The position numbers and the translations under genes were made by a program. A DNA stretch of 64,000 nucleotides from Longimicrobiales bacterium (GTDB lineage: Bacteria > Gemmatimonadota > Gemmatimonadetes > Longimicrobiales > Gaopeijiaceae). Shown in pieces: positions 9,487-18,939 of this stretch (position 1 is its first letter; each line of letters opens with the position of its first letter). The notes under the pieces were generated by a model. It searched no databases, had not been told where the DNA came from, and saw only the letters and a list, made by a program, of their open reading frames with translations. Location of the stretch: positions 832,001-896,000 of the forward strand of contig CBDBCF010000002.1 in assembly GCA_965202985.1 (NCBI GenBank), written 5' to 3'.

Positions 9487-9717
9487 CGAACCGGCTCCCC
9501 TTTCTCGGGGGGTGAACGGGCCGGGGGGAATTCCCCGCCACGAGCATGATCGCGCCGAAAAAGGGGCGTTTGGATAGCTGGATCGGCCTGACTTTTTCCG
9601 AACCCCGGAATTCGGCTTCGGAACGGCCCGAAACCGGCTCGGCGAAGGTCGGCTACGGCCCCCTCGTTACCCCGGCGCACCCCCGCTGGACCTCCACGCC
9701 CCCCCAAGAAGGGGCGC

Positions 9718-11127
9718 CTAGGGCGAGACGCCCTGACCCCGCAGCCACTCCTCCATCGTCGCCCTTATCTGCGCCAGCCGCTCCTCGGTCTCCGCTTCGT
9801 ACCGGGCCACGACCACCGGCTGGGTGTTGGAGGCCCGCAGCAGTCCCCACCCGCCCTCGAACAGGACCCGCACGCCGTCCAAGTCCGCAACTTCGTGATC
9901 TCGAGCGAAGTGCGCCCGGGCGCGCTCGACCAAGCCGGACTTGTCCGCTTCCGCCAAGTCGATCCGCATCTCGGGCGTGGAGCAGTACGACGGCAGCGCC
10001 TCCACCAAGTCGGACAACGGGCGCTCCGAGGCGGCCAGAAGCGCCAACAGCCGGCACGCGGCGTACAGCGCGTCGTCGAAGCCGTAGTAGTCGTCGGCGA
10101 AGCAGATGTGGCCCGACAGCTCGCCCGCGATCGGCGCTCCGGTCTCCCGCATCTTCTCCTTGATTAGGGAGTGGCCCGTCTTCCACATGACGGGGACGCC
10201 GCCCGCACGCTCGAATTCGGCCGGCAGCACCTGGGAGCACTTCACGTCGAAGATAAGCTGGGCGCCGGGGCCGTTCCGCCGGAGCAGGTCCAGGCCGAAG
10301 AGGAGAAGGAGCACGTCGGCCCGCACGATCCGCCCGTGTTCGTCGACGACGCCGATCCGATCCGCATCTCCGTCGAAGCCGATCCCCGCCTCGGCCCCGT
10401 GGCGCCGTACCGCCGCCACCAGGTCGACCATGTTCTCGTCCACCGTCGGATCGGGGTGATGGTTGGGAAAGGCGCCGTCGGATTCGCAGTAGAGGGGAAC
10501 GACGTGGGCGCCGGCCGCCTCCAGCAGCGGGACCGCCGTCACCGAGCCAGTGCCGTTCCCGCAGTCCACGACGACCTTGACGGGCCGGGCCAGGCGAAAG
10601 CGCTCCGCCACGTCGGTCACGTAGTCGGGCAACGGGTCCACAGCTTCCAAGCCGCCGGCGCCGTCAGCCAAGTCGCCTTCCCCGATGCGACGCAGCAGGT
10701 CCTGGATCGCGTCCCCGAAGAACGGGGCCGTGGCGATCGTCATCTTGACGCCGTTGTACTCCGGTGGGTTGTGGGAGCCGGTGACTTGGACCGCCCCTTG
10801 AGCCGACAGGTTGTACTCGGCGAAGTAGGTCACGGGCGTGGGGACCGTGCCCAAGGTCACCACGTCGCAGCCCGCCGCCCGGAGCCCGCGAACCAGCGCC
10901 TCCGCCAACGAGGGCGAGGAGGGCCGGTTGTCCTGGCCCACGACGACCTTCGGCGCGGAAGGCGGGGCCGGCGCCGAGGCCGATGGATCCCGCCGGACGG
11001 CGGCCGTCCGCGCCCGAAGCTCGGAGCCGTAGGCGTGGCCGATCGCCTGGGCGGCGCAAGCGTCCAGACCGGCGCCGGCGATCCCGCGGATGTCGTACCT
11101 GCGGAAGATCCCCGCGTCGATTGCCAT
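9718..11127 (-). CDS. Phosphomannomutase/phosphoglucomutase (AlgC-like)
   Basis: IFRRYDIRG, TGSHNPPEYNG, FPNHHPDP, FDGDADRIG, GELSGH, LRASNTQP. Confidence 0.95.
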   Translation of the reverse strand: MAIDAGIFRRYDIRGIAGAGLDACAAQAIGHAYGSELRARTAAVRRDPSASAPAPPSAPKVVVGQDNRPSSPSLAEALVRGLRAAGCDVVTLGTVPTPVTYFAEYNLSAQGAVQVTGSHNPPEYNGVKMTIATAPFFGDAIQDLLRRIGEGDLADGAGGLEAVDPLPDYVTDVAERFRLARPVKVVVDCGNGTGSVTAVPLLEAAGAHVVPLYCESDGAFPNHHPDPTVDENMVDLVAAVRRHGAEAGIGFDGDADRIGVVDEHGRIVRADVLLLLFGLDLLRRNGPGAQLIFDVKCSQVLPAEFERAGGVPVMWKTGHSLIKEKMRETGAPIAGELSGHICFADDYYGFDDALYAACRLLALLAASERPLSDLVEALPSYCSTPEMRIDLAEADKSGLVERARAHFARDHEVADLDGVRVLFEGGWGLLRASNTQPVVVARYEAETEERLAQIRATMEEWLRGQGVSP

Positions 11128-11149
11128 GTTGGAGGGCCGGCCGCCCCGG

Positions 11150-12625
11150 TTAGGGCCCGACGCCTGCGGCCCCGGCGACCTCTTTGAGTCCCTCGATTGC
11201 GCCCAGGGCCAGCTCCAGGGGCGGGCCGGGCAGGATGCCCGTCAGGAGCACGAGTCCGGCGCCGACCAAGAGCAGCGCGTAAGTGGCGAAGGGCGTCACG
11301 AAGCGAGTCGGCTTCGCGCCCTCCGGAGCCTCCTTCATCCACATGTACCAAGCCACGCGCAAGTAGTACCAGTACGACACCACGGTGGTCAGCACCAGGA
11401 TCACGGACAGCGCCCAGAGCCCGGCTTCGGCCGCCCCTTGCAGCACGAACAGCTTGGCCATGAAGCCCCCCGTTGCGGGGAACCCCGCCAGCGACAGCAG
11501 GAACAACGTCATGAGGACGCCCAGCAGGGGCTTCCGCCAGCCGAACCCGCCGAAGTCCTCAATGCGCGAGCCCCGCTCGGACTGGCGGCCCGCCGTGACC
11601 AGGATCGCGAACGCCCCCGCGTTCATGACGGTGTACACCAGCAGGTAGAAGAGCAGGCCGGCGGCAGCGGTGTCGTTGAAGGCCACCAGCGCGACCAGCA
11701 GGTAGCCGCCGTGCGCGATCGACGAATAGGCGAGCATGCGCTTGACGTCGGACTGGACCACGGCCAGCAGGTTCCCCGCGATCATGGTGGCCGCCGAAAT
11801 CCACCACAGGATGCTCCACCACTGGTCGTAGGCGCCCTCGAGCCCCACCAGGAAAACCCGCGCGAAGGCGACGAAGGCGGCCGACTTGACCGACGCGGCC
11901 ATGAACGCCGTGACCGGCGTGGGCGCCCCCTGGTACACGTCCGGCGTCCACATGTGAAACGGCACCGCCGACACCTTGAAGGCGAAGCCGATCACCAGGA
12001 GCGCCACGCCCGGCGCCAAGAGCTGCGGCGAAGCGCCGCCGTCGGCCAGCGCCGCCGCGACGGCTTGCAGGTTCGTGCTGCCCGTGGCCCCGTAGACCAG
12101 GGCGATGCCGAACAGCAGGAACGCGCTGGCGAAGGCGCCCAGCAGGAAGTACTTGAGGCCCGCCTCCGCCGACCGTCGGTCGCGACGGTTGAAGGCAGCC
12201 AGCGCGTAGACGCCGATCGACATGAGCTCCAGGCTCAGGAAGATCACCATCAAGTCCTGGGCCGCGGCCATGAACATCATGCCCACGGTGGCGAACAGGA
12301 TCAGGGCGTAGTACTCGCCGGCCTGCAACTTCTGCCGAGCCACGTAGTTCAGCGACACGACGACCGCGAAGGCCGCGCCCAGAAGGAACACCCAGTTGGC
12401 GAACAGGCGCAGTCGGTCCACCGCGATCATGGCCGTGGCGCCCCCGTCCGCCACGCCGGAATACAGCCAGCCGTTGGCCACGGCGGCCGCGGCCAGTCCG
12501 GCCAACGACAGCCAGCCCAGGTCTTGGCCCGGCCCGTCCTGCCTTCCCCCGGACACGCCCAGGATCAGGACGACCATGGCCCAGGCCGAAAGGACCACCT
12601 CGGGCAGCAACGCCAAAAGCATCAT
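11150..12625 (-). CDS. nuoN: NADH-quinone oxidoreductase subunit N
   Basis: SAEAGLKYFLLG, FKVSAVPFHMWTPDVYQGAPTP, KRMLAYSSIAH. Confidence 0.96.
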   Translation of the reverse strand: MMLLALLPEVVLSAWAMVVLILGVSGGRQDGPGQDLGWLSLAGLAAAAVANGWLYSGVADGGATAMIAVDRLRLFANWVFLLGAAFAVVVSLNYVARQKLQAGEYYALILFATVGMMFMAAAQDLMVIFLSLELMSIGVYALAAFNRRDRRSAEAGLKYFLLGAFASAFLLFGIALVYGATGSTNLQAVAAALADGGASPQLLAPGVALLVIGFAFKVSAVPFHMWTPDVYQGAPTPVTAFMAASVKSAAFVAFARVFLVGLEGAYDQWWSILWWISAATMIAGNLLAVVQSDVKRMLAYSSIAHGGYLLVALVAFNDTAAAGLLFYLLVYTVMNAGAFAILVTAGRQSERGSRIEDFGGFGWRKPLLGVLMTLFLLSLAGFPATGGFMAKLFVLQGAAEAGLWALSVILVLTTVVSYWYYLRVAWYMWMKEAPEGAKPTRFVTPFATYALLLVGAGLVLLTGILPGPPLELALGAIEGLKEVAGAAGVGP

Positions 12626-14133
12626 GGACTCGCGCTCCGCGCTCCTTCAACGCGCTCCAGGACGACTTGAACGCTGGGTTCCATGCGCTCCAGGAAGGGC
12701 GTCGGATGAACGCCGATCCAGATCATCAGGGCCAGCAGCGGCGCAAGGATCGCCATCTCCCGACGAGACAGGTCGGGAAAGGCGCGGTTCTCGGGCCGAT
12801 CGAGCGGGTTGAACAGGATGCGCTGCACCATGGGGAGCATGTAGTAGGCGGCGAATACCACGCCCGAGGCGGCAACCACCGCCACGACCCGGTGCCGCTC
12901 GAAGGTCCCCAGCAGGGCCAGGAACTCGCCCACGAAGCCGCTCGTCCCCGGAAGCCCGATCGACGCCAACGCCGTAACCACGAACGCGGTGGCGAAGAGC
13001 GGCGCGGCGCGCCCGATCCCGCCGAAGTCCGCCACGAGACGGGTCCGGCGCCGTTCGTACATCATGCCCAGCAGCAGGAACAGCGCGCCCGTGGAGACGC
13101 CGTGGCTGATCATGACCACCAACCCGCCCTGCAGACCGTTCGTCGTCAGGGCAAACACGCCGATCACCACGAACCCCATGTGCGCCACCGAGGTGTAGGC
13201 GACCAGCTTCTTGGCGTCGGGCTGGACCGCCGCGACCCAGGCGGCGTAGATGATCCCGACGGTTCCCAGGACCAGCATGACCGTCACGACCGTGGGATGC
13301 TGCGCCGCCTCCGGGAAGAGCGGCAGGAGGAAGCGCAGGAACCCGTAGGTGCCCATCTTGAGCAGCACGGCGGCCAGAATCACCGAGCCCGGCGTGGGCG
13401 CCTCCACGTGAGCGTCCGGCAACCACGTGTGAAGCGGGAAGACCGGGACCTTGATCCCGAACGCCAAGGCGAACGCGGTGAACAACCACAGCTGTTCCCG
13501 CAGCGACAGATCGGCGGCCAGGAAGGCGTCGTAGGAGAACGAGCTCGCGCCGGCGGCGTAGTAGATGTACAAGATCGACACCAGCATCAGCAGCGAGCCG
13601 GTCGCCGTGTACAGGAAGAACTTGACCGCCGCGTAGATGCGCCGTTCCCCGCCCCAGATCCCCACGATGAAGTACATGGGTACCAAGGTGAGCTCGAAGA
13701 AGACGTAGAAGAGCAGGAGATCGGTCGCCACGAAGACGCCCACCACGCCCATCTCCAGCAGGAGCATCAGCGCGTAGAACGCCTTGCGCCGCGTGGCCAC
13801 GTACTTGAACGATCCCAGGATCGCCAGCGGCGTAGTCAGCGTCGTGAGGATCACCATGAACAGGGAGATCCCGTCCAGGCCCAGGGCGTACTCCGCGCCC
13901 CACGCAGGGATCCAGGGCGACGAGGACTCGAAGGCGAACGCGCCCCCGGACGGGTCGTAGGCCCACCAGAGCCCCACGCTCAGCACGAAGAACACCGCCG
14001 ACCAGACGAACGCCACGTTCTTGGCGCGCTCCTTCGGCGCCGCCAGCACGTGCACGGCGCCGGCCGCCGGTCCCCAGATCAGGGCGTGAAGGACCCAGGT
14101 CCCGTATCCGATCGAGGCGAGAAGGTCGGTCAT
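12622..14133 (-). CDS. nuoM: NADH-quinone oxidoreductase subunit M
   Basis: GLDGISL, FFELTLVPMY, IKVPVFPLHTWLPDAHVEAPT, KKLVAYTSVAH; start ATG 14133. Confidence 0.96.
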   Translation of the reverse strand: MTDLLASIGYGTWVLHALIWGPAAGAVHVLAAPKERAKNVAFVWSAVFFVLSVGLWWAYDPSGGAFAFESSSPWIPAWGAEYALGLDGISLFMVILTTLTTPLAILGSFKYVATRRKAFYALMLLLEMGVVGVFVATDLLLFYVFFELTLVPMYFIVGIWGGERRIYAAVKFFLYTATGSLLMLVSILYIYYAAGASSFSYDAFLAADLSLREQLWLFTAFALAFGIKVPVFPLHTWLPDAHVEAPTPGSVILAAVLLKMGTYGFLRFLLPLFPEAAQHPTVVTVMLVLGTVGIIYAAWVAAVQPDAKKLVAYTSVAHMGFVVIGVFALTTNGLQGGLVVMISHGVSTGALFLLLGMMYERRRTRLVADFGGIGRAAPLFATAFVVTALASIGLPGTSGFVGEFLALLGTFERHRVVAVVAASGVVFAAYYMLPMVQRILFNPLDRPENRAFPDLSRREMAILAPLLALMIWIGVHPTPFLERMEPSVQVVLERVEGARSASP

Positions 14134-14137
14134 CGAA

Positions 14138-16306
14138 TCAGGGCAGGAGGACCGCGGCACCCAGAACCGCAAGGGCACCCAGGACCAGGACGAACGCGTA
14201 CATGCTCACCTGTCCCGTCTGGAACAGGCTGGTCGTCCAGCCGGCGAGACGGGTGAAGTTGCCCGAGAAGTTCACCAAGCCGTCGATCGCCCGCGCGTCC
14301 ACGACCTTCCAGCACCAGCGGGACACGGCCAACACGGGCTTCACCACCGCTCGCTCGTAGAGTTCGTCGAAGTACCACTTGCCTTGGAGGAACCGGTCCA
14401 CGATTCGCCGGGGCGCCTTCGCGGCCGCGGACGGCGCATAGGGGCGTCGGACCAGGAGCCGACACGCCCCGCCGGCGACCAAGGCGGCAGCCAAGGTGGA
14501 CGCCCCCGCCCAGAGCGCTTCGCCGCCTCCGACGAAGGGCGCTTGGTACGCGGGCTCGCCCAGATGCGCGACCTGGATCTCGCCGGCGGCGTGCACGACG
14601 GGCTCTAGCCAGTGATGGAGCCAATCGATCGGCAGCAGGCCGAAGAACCCGAAGAGGGTGTCCCGCAGCGCCTCCGGGACGTTGAGCCACCCGCCGAAGA
14701 CGGACAGGACCGCCAGCACGAGCAGCGGCACGGTCATGACGCGCGGCGCCTCGTGGAGGCGGGACGCGCCCGAGCCGGTGCGGTTGGCGCCGTGAAAGGT
14801 CATGACCATGAGGCGGATCATGTAGAACGCCGTCAGGAGAGCGGTGACCAGCGCCGCGATCCAGCACGCCGCGTAGAACCGCCCGAAGGGGTTCGAGGCC
14901 GCCCCGGCCCACGCGCCGGCGTACCAGATGATCTCGTCCTTGGAGTAGAAGCCGGCCAGCGGCCATATCCCTGCGATCGCCAGGGTGGCGATCCCCATCG
15001 TCGCCCACGTCACGGGCATTCGCTTTCGCAGCCCTCCCATGTCGCGCATGTCCTGCGGGTCCGCTTTTCCGTCCCCGTGGTGCACGGCCTGGTGCATCGC
15101 GTGGATCACCGCGCCGGCCCCCAGGAAGAGCAGCGCCTTGAAGAAGGCGTGCGTCACCAAGTGAAAGACGGCGGCCGTGTAGGCGCCGACGCCGGCGGCC
15201 AGGAACATGAACCCCAGCTGCGACACCGTGGAGTAGGCCAGAACCTTCTTGATGTCGTACTGGCGAAGCGCGATCGTCGCGGCCACGAAGGCGGTCAGGA
15301 CGCCGATCCCCGCCACGACCGCCTGGGCCGTGGGGGCCAGCGCGTACAGCACCGACGAGCGCACCACCATGTAGACGCCCGCGGTGACCATGGTGGCCGC
15401 GTGGATCAGGGCCGAAACGGGCGTGGGGCCCGCCATCGCGTCGGGGAGCCACACGTGCAGCGGGACTTGGGCGCTCTTCCCGGCGGCCCCCAGCATCAGG
15501 AGCAGGGCGATCGCCGTCGCCGTTCCGCCCCCGTAGGACAGGTGCTGCTCCGCGCCCTCGAAGACGGGGCCGAAGTCCAGCGTCCCGAAGGCGCCGAAGA
15601 TCAGGAACATGGCCAGGAGGAAGCCGAAGTCGCCGATCCGGTTGACGATGAACGCCTTCTTGCCGGCGTCGGACTTCTCGCGGTCGGAGAACCAGTAGCC
15701 GATCAGCAGGTAGCTGCAAAGCCCGACGCCCTCCCAGCCCACGAACATCATCCCGTAGTTGGCGCCCGCGACCAGCACCAGCATGAAGAAGACGAAGAGG
15801 TTCAGGTAGGCGAAGTAGCGCGGGTACCCTGGGTCGTCCTTCATGTAGCCCACGCTGAAGACGTGGATCAGGAAGCCCACGCCGGTCACGACCAGCATCA
15901 TGAGCATGGACAGGGCGTCCAGCTGGATCGCGGCGTCCACTTGGAGCGCGCCGGTGGCGATCCAGCTCCAGTACGTCCTTGTGACGGGATCGTGAAGCGA
16001 AGCGCCCTGCATGCCGACGAAGTTGACCGCGGTCAGAACGAACGCCGCCAGCATGACGCCCGGCCCAACCCACGTCGGCCACCGGTGGGTTCTCGGACGA
16101 ACCGATCCCTGGAAGGGGTCCCATTCCCGACCGGCCCGGACGGCCGCGGACGAACGTCGCGCCGCCGCGAGCGCCAAGCACGCGTTGACCGCGAAGCCCG
16201 CCAGCGGAAGCAGAACCACCAAGCCGGGAAGCAGCGGCTCCCAGCTCCCCGCGTCTTGCGGCAGCGCCGGCGCAAGGGCTGCCCGCGGCAAGTTCGGGAC
16301 GGTCAC
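14138..16306 (-). CDS. nuoL: NADH-quinone oxidoreductase subunit L
   Basis: FVGWEGVGLCSYLLIG, GKSAQVPLHVWLPDAMAGPTPVSALIHAATMV, HAFFKALLFL. Confidence 0.96.
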   Translation of the reverse strand: MTVPNLPRAALAPALPQDAGSWEPLLPGLVVLLPLAGFAVNACLALAAARRSSAAVRAGREWDPFQGSVRPRTHRWPTWVGPGVMLAAFVLTAVNFVGMQGASLHDPVTRTYWSWIATGALQVDAAIQLDALSMLMMLVVTGVGFLIHVFSVGYMKDDPGYPRYFAYLNLFVFFMLVLVAGANYGMMFVGWEGVGLCSYLLIGYWFSDREKSDAGKKAFIVNRIGDFGFLLAMFLIFGAFGTLDFGPVFEGAEQHLSYGGGTATAIALLLMLGAAGKSAQVPLHVWLPDAMAGPTPVSALIHAATMVTAGVYMVVRSSVLYALAPTAQAVVAGIGVLTAFVAATIALRQYDIKKVLAYSTVSQLGFMFLAAGVGAYTAAVFHLVTHAFFKALLFLGAGAVIHAMHQAVHHGDGKADPQDMRDMGGLRKRMPVTWATMGIATLAIAGIWPLAGFYSKDEIIWYAGAWAGAASNPFGRFYAACWIAALVTALLTAFYMIRLMVMTFHGANRTGSGASRLHEAPRVMTVPLLVLAVLSVFGGWLNVPEALRDTLFGFFGLLPIDWLHHWLEPVVHAAGEIQVAHLGEPAYQAPFVGGGEALWAGASTLAAALVAGGACRLLVRRPYAPSAAAKAPRRIVDRFLQGKWYFDELYERAVVKPVLAVSRWCWKVVDARAIDGLVNFSGNFTRLAGWTTSLFQTGQVSMYAFVLVLGALAVLGAAVLLP

Positions 16307-16310
16307 GGGG

Positions 16311-16625
16311 CTACCACTTCAGGAGGTTGAACCGGTCCACGTTCACCGTCTCGTAGTGGCGGAAGATGGAGATGATGATCGCGAGCCCCACGGCGGCCTC
16401 GGCGGCGGCCACGGTCATGACGAAGAAGACGAACACCTGTCCCTCGATGCCGGCGTGGCGCGAGAGGGCGGCGAAGGCCAAGTTCGCGGCGTTGAGCTGA
16501 AGCTCGATGCACAGGAACACGACGATGGCGTTCTTGCGGACGATCACGCCCAAGGCGCCGATCACGAACAAGCCGGCGCTCAGCAACAGGACCGGCTCGG
16601 TCAGCAGCGTGGTCTGGGCGGGCAT
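16311..16625 (-). CDS. nuoK: NADH-quinone oxidoreductase subunit K
   Basis: [22 protein letters not shown]. Confidence 0.95.
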   Translation of the reverse strand: MPAQTTLLTEPVLLLSAGLFVIGALGVIVRKNAIVVFLCIELQLNAANLAFAALSRHAGIEGQVFVFFVMTVAAAEAAVGLAIIISIFRHYETVNVDRFNLLKW

Positions 16626-16629
16626 CGGC

Positions 16630-17160
16630 TCAGCCGGTCCGGGGCCGGGGCTTGGCCAGGACCACGGCGGCCACGATCGCCACCAGCAACAGCAGGCCCG
16701 TCAGCTCGAAGGCCACCACGTAGGTCGTGAAGAGGGGGTCGGCGATCGCCCCCACGGCACCCTTCTCGCGAACCGCCGCGTCGATCGCCACGGCCGCCGC
16801 TCCGTCGCCCAGCCCCGCGCCCGGCGCCCCGCCGAAGCGCATCATCAGGACGCCGGCGACCAGCCCCGTGACCACGAGCCCCAGCAGGAACCACATCCCG
16901 TACTTCAGGTCGGCGCGGTAGTCGTGGCCCAAGTTCAGGAGCATGACCACGAACAGGAAGAGCACCATGATCGCCCCGGCGTAGACGATGACCTGCACCG
17001 CCGCCAGGAAGTGGGCCTCCAGGAGCACGTAGATGCCGGCCACGCCCGCCAGGCTGGCCACCATGAACAGCAGGCTGGCCACCGGGCTTCGCCCCAGCAC
17101 GACGCCCAGAGCGCCGCCGGCCGACACCACCGCGAAGACGACGAAGAGGATCCAGGTCAT
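16630..17160 (-). CDS. nuoJ: NADH-quinone oxidoreductase subunit J
   Basis: [29 protein letters not shown]; start ATG 17160. Confidence 0.95.
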   Translation of the reverse strand: MTWILFVVFAVVSAGGALGVVLGRSPVASLLFMVASLAGVAGIYVLLEAHFLAAVQVIVYAGAIMVLFLFVVMLLNLGHDYRADLKYGMWFLLGLVVTGLVAGVLMMRFGGAPGAGLGDGAAAVAIDAAVREKGAVGAIADPLFTTYVVAFELTGLLLLVAIVAAVVLAKPRPRTG

Positions 17161-17657
17161 TCGGAGCGGGGGTCGGAAGGGTCCCAGAGGAGCGTGGTGG
17201 GGTGATCCTGCTCCATGAGCCGGTCCAGGTCGTACACGAAGCGGTCCCGCGTGTACTCCGCGTTCTCGAAGTGACGTCCCACGTGGATCGCCTCCACGGG
17301 GCATACCTCCTGGCACATTCCGCAGAAGATGCACCGGAACTCGTCGATCTCGTAGACGATGGGGTAGCGGTTGCCCTGGTCGTCCTCGCCGCCCACCAGC
17401 CGGATGCAGTTGGCGGGACACACGGTGGGGCACAGGCCGCACGCGACGCACTTGGGACGGCCGTCGGCGTGGACCTCCATGCGGTGCGTGCCCCGCCACC
17501 GCGGGTGCAGCTCGGGCTGCTCCTCGGGGTACTCCAACGTCACGGCGCCGGGACGCACCAAGTGCTTGAGGGTGAGGCTCATGCCCTTGAGCGTGGCGCG
17601 CATGTACGACGTGCGGCCCGCTTCGGGACGTCTCATGACCTTGACGGTGACTGGCAT
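17157..17657 (-). CDS. nuoI: NADH-quinone oxidoreductase subunit I
   Basis: Two 4Fe-4S motifs CVACGLCPTVCP and CIFCGMCQEVCP. Confidence 0.96.
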   Translation of the reverse strand: MPVTVKVMRRPEAGRTSYMRATLKGMSLTLKHLVRPGAVTLEYPEEQPELHPRWRGTHRMEVHADGRPKCVACGLCPTVCPANCIRLVGGEDDQGNRYPIVYEIDEFRCIFCGMCQEVCPVEAIHVGRHFENAEYTRDRFVYDLDRLMEQDHPTTLLWDPSDPRSE

Positions 17658-17673
17658 AGTTGCGCCTCTCGGC

Positions 17674-18939
17674 TCAGTTCGTGATCGGGGCGCGGGACGG
17701 GCGCCGCTTCAGATGGGCGCCCGAAATGATCCGGTCCCGGTCGATGAAGAACAGGAACGCGAAGGTGGCCAAGCCGCTGACGCCGGTCAGGGCCGCCCCG
17801 TACAGGAAGCCGAACGGGACCCCCACCTGGTCCAGCACCAGCATCGTCCCGGCCACCAGGACGACGTAGCCCAGCGAGGCCGGCAGCAGGATCTTCCAGC
17901 CCAGGTGCATGACCTGGTCGTAGCGGAAGCGGGGCAGCGTCCAGCGCACCCAGATGTAGAGCAGCACGAAGAAGGCCGTCTTGGCCGTGAAGGACGCCAG
18001 CGTGAGCAGGGTGATCCAGAGGCTGGGGGTGGCCGGAACGGGCTCGCCCGCGGCGTCGAAGCCGCGCACCAGGACGCCGTCCCGGTAGTACATGTCGTCC
18101 CCGGTCCAGAACGGGATGTCCCAACCGCCGAAGAACAACGTGGCCATGAGGGCCGACGCGGTCAGCACGTGCGCGTACTCGGCGATGAAGAACATGGAGA
18201 ACTTCATTGCGGAGTATTCGGTGTGATAGCCGGTGACGAGCTCGGACTCGGCCTCGGGCATGTCGAAGGGCAGGCGATTGGTCTCGGCGAACGCCGAAAC
18301 CACGAAGAAGATGAACGCCAACGACAGGGGGAACACGAACCAGAGCCCCAGCTGCTGCTGCTTGGCCACCATCTCCGTGAGCGTCACGTTGCCGGCCAGC
18401 AGCAGCACGGCGATGATGCTCAGCCCCAGGGCCACCTCGTAGGAAATCATTTGGGCGGAAGCTCGAAGCCCGCCCAGGAAGGCGTACTTGTTGTTGGACG
18501 ACCAGCCGGCCAGCACCAACCCGTACACGGCCAGCGACGACAGCGCCAGGATGTAGAGGATGCCGATCGGAATATCTGCCACGATCATGTCCACCGTTCC
18601 CCACGGCGTGCTCAGCGGGGCGGCCACCGGCACGACGGCGATCGTCACGACCGCGGGCATGATCGCCAGCGCCGGCCCCAGGAGGAAGTAGAACTTGGCC
18701 GCCGTGCCGGGCAGCGTCTCTTCCTTGAGGATGTTCTTCACGCCGTCGGCGATCGGCTGCAGGAGCCCGGCCGGCCCGACGCGGTTGGGTCCCAGGCGGT
18801 CTTGGATGAAGGCGGAGACGCGTCGTTCGGCCAAGGTCATGTAGGCCACGGCCACCATCACCACTGTGAACACCGCCAAGACCTTCGCGGCGCTGATCCA
18901 CACGAACGCCGTGGTCGAGAGTTGGTTCATCTCGTTCAC
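17674..18939 (-). CDS. nuoH: NADH-quinone oxidoreductase subunit H
   Basis: AERRVSAFIQDRLGPNRVG, QMISYE, AETNRLPFDMPEAESELV, PRFRYDQ; start GTG 18939 or ATG 18930. Confidence 0.96.
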   Translation of the reverse strand: MNEMNQLSTTAFVWISAAKVLAVFTVVMVAVAYMTLAERRVSAFIQDRLGPNRVGPAGLLQPIADGVKNILKEETLPGTAAKFYFLLGPALAIMPAVVTIAVVPVAAPLSTPWGTVDMIVADIPIGILYILALSSLAVYGLVLAGWSSNNKYAFLGGLRASAQMISYEVALGLSIIAVLLLAGNVTLTEMVAKQQQLGLWFVFPLSLAFIFFVVSAFAETNRLPFDMPEAESELVTGYHTEYSAMKFSMFFIAEYAHVLTASALMATLFFGGWDIPFWTGDDMYYRDGVLVRGFDAAGEPVPATPSLWITLLTLASFTAKTAFFVLLYIWVRWTLPRFRYDQVMHLGWKILLPASLGYVVLVAGTMLVLDQVGVPFGFLYGAALTGVSGLATFAFLFFIDRDRIISGAHLKRRPSRAPITN

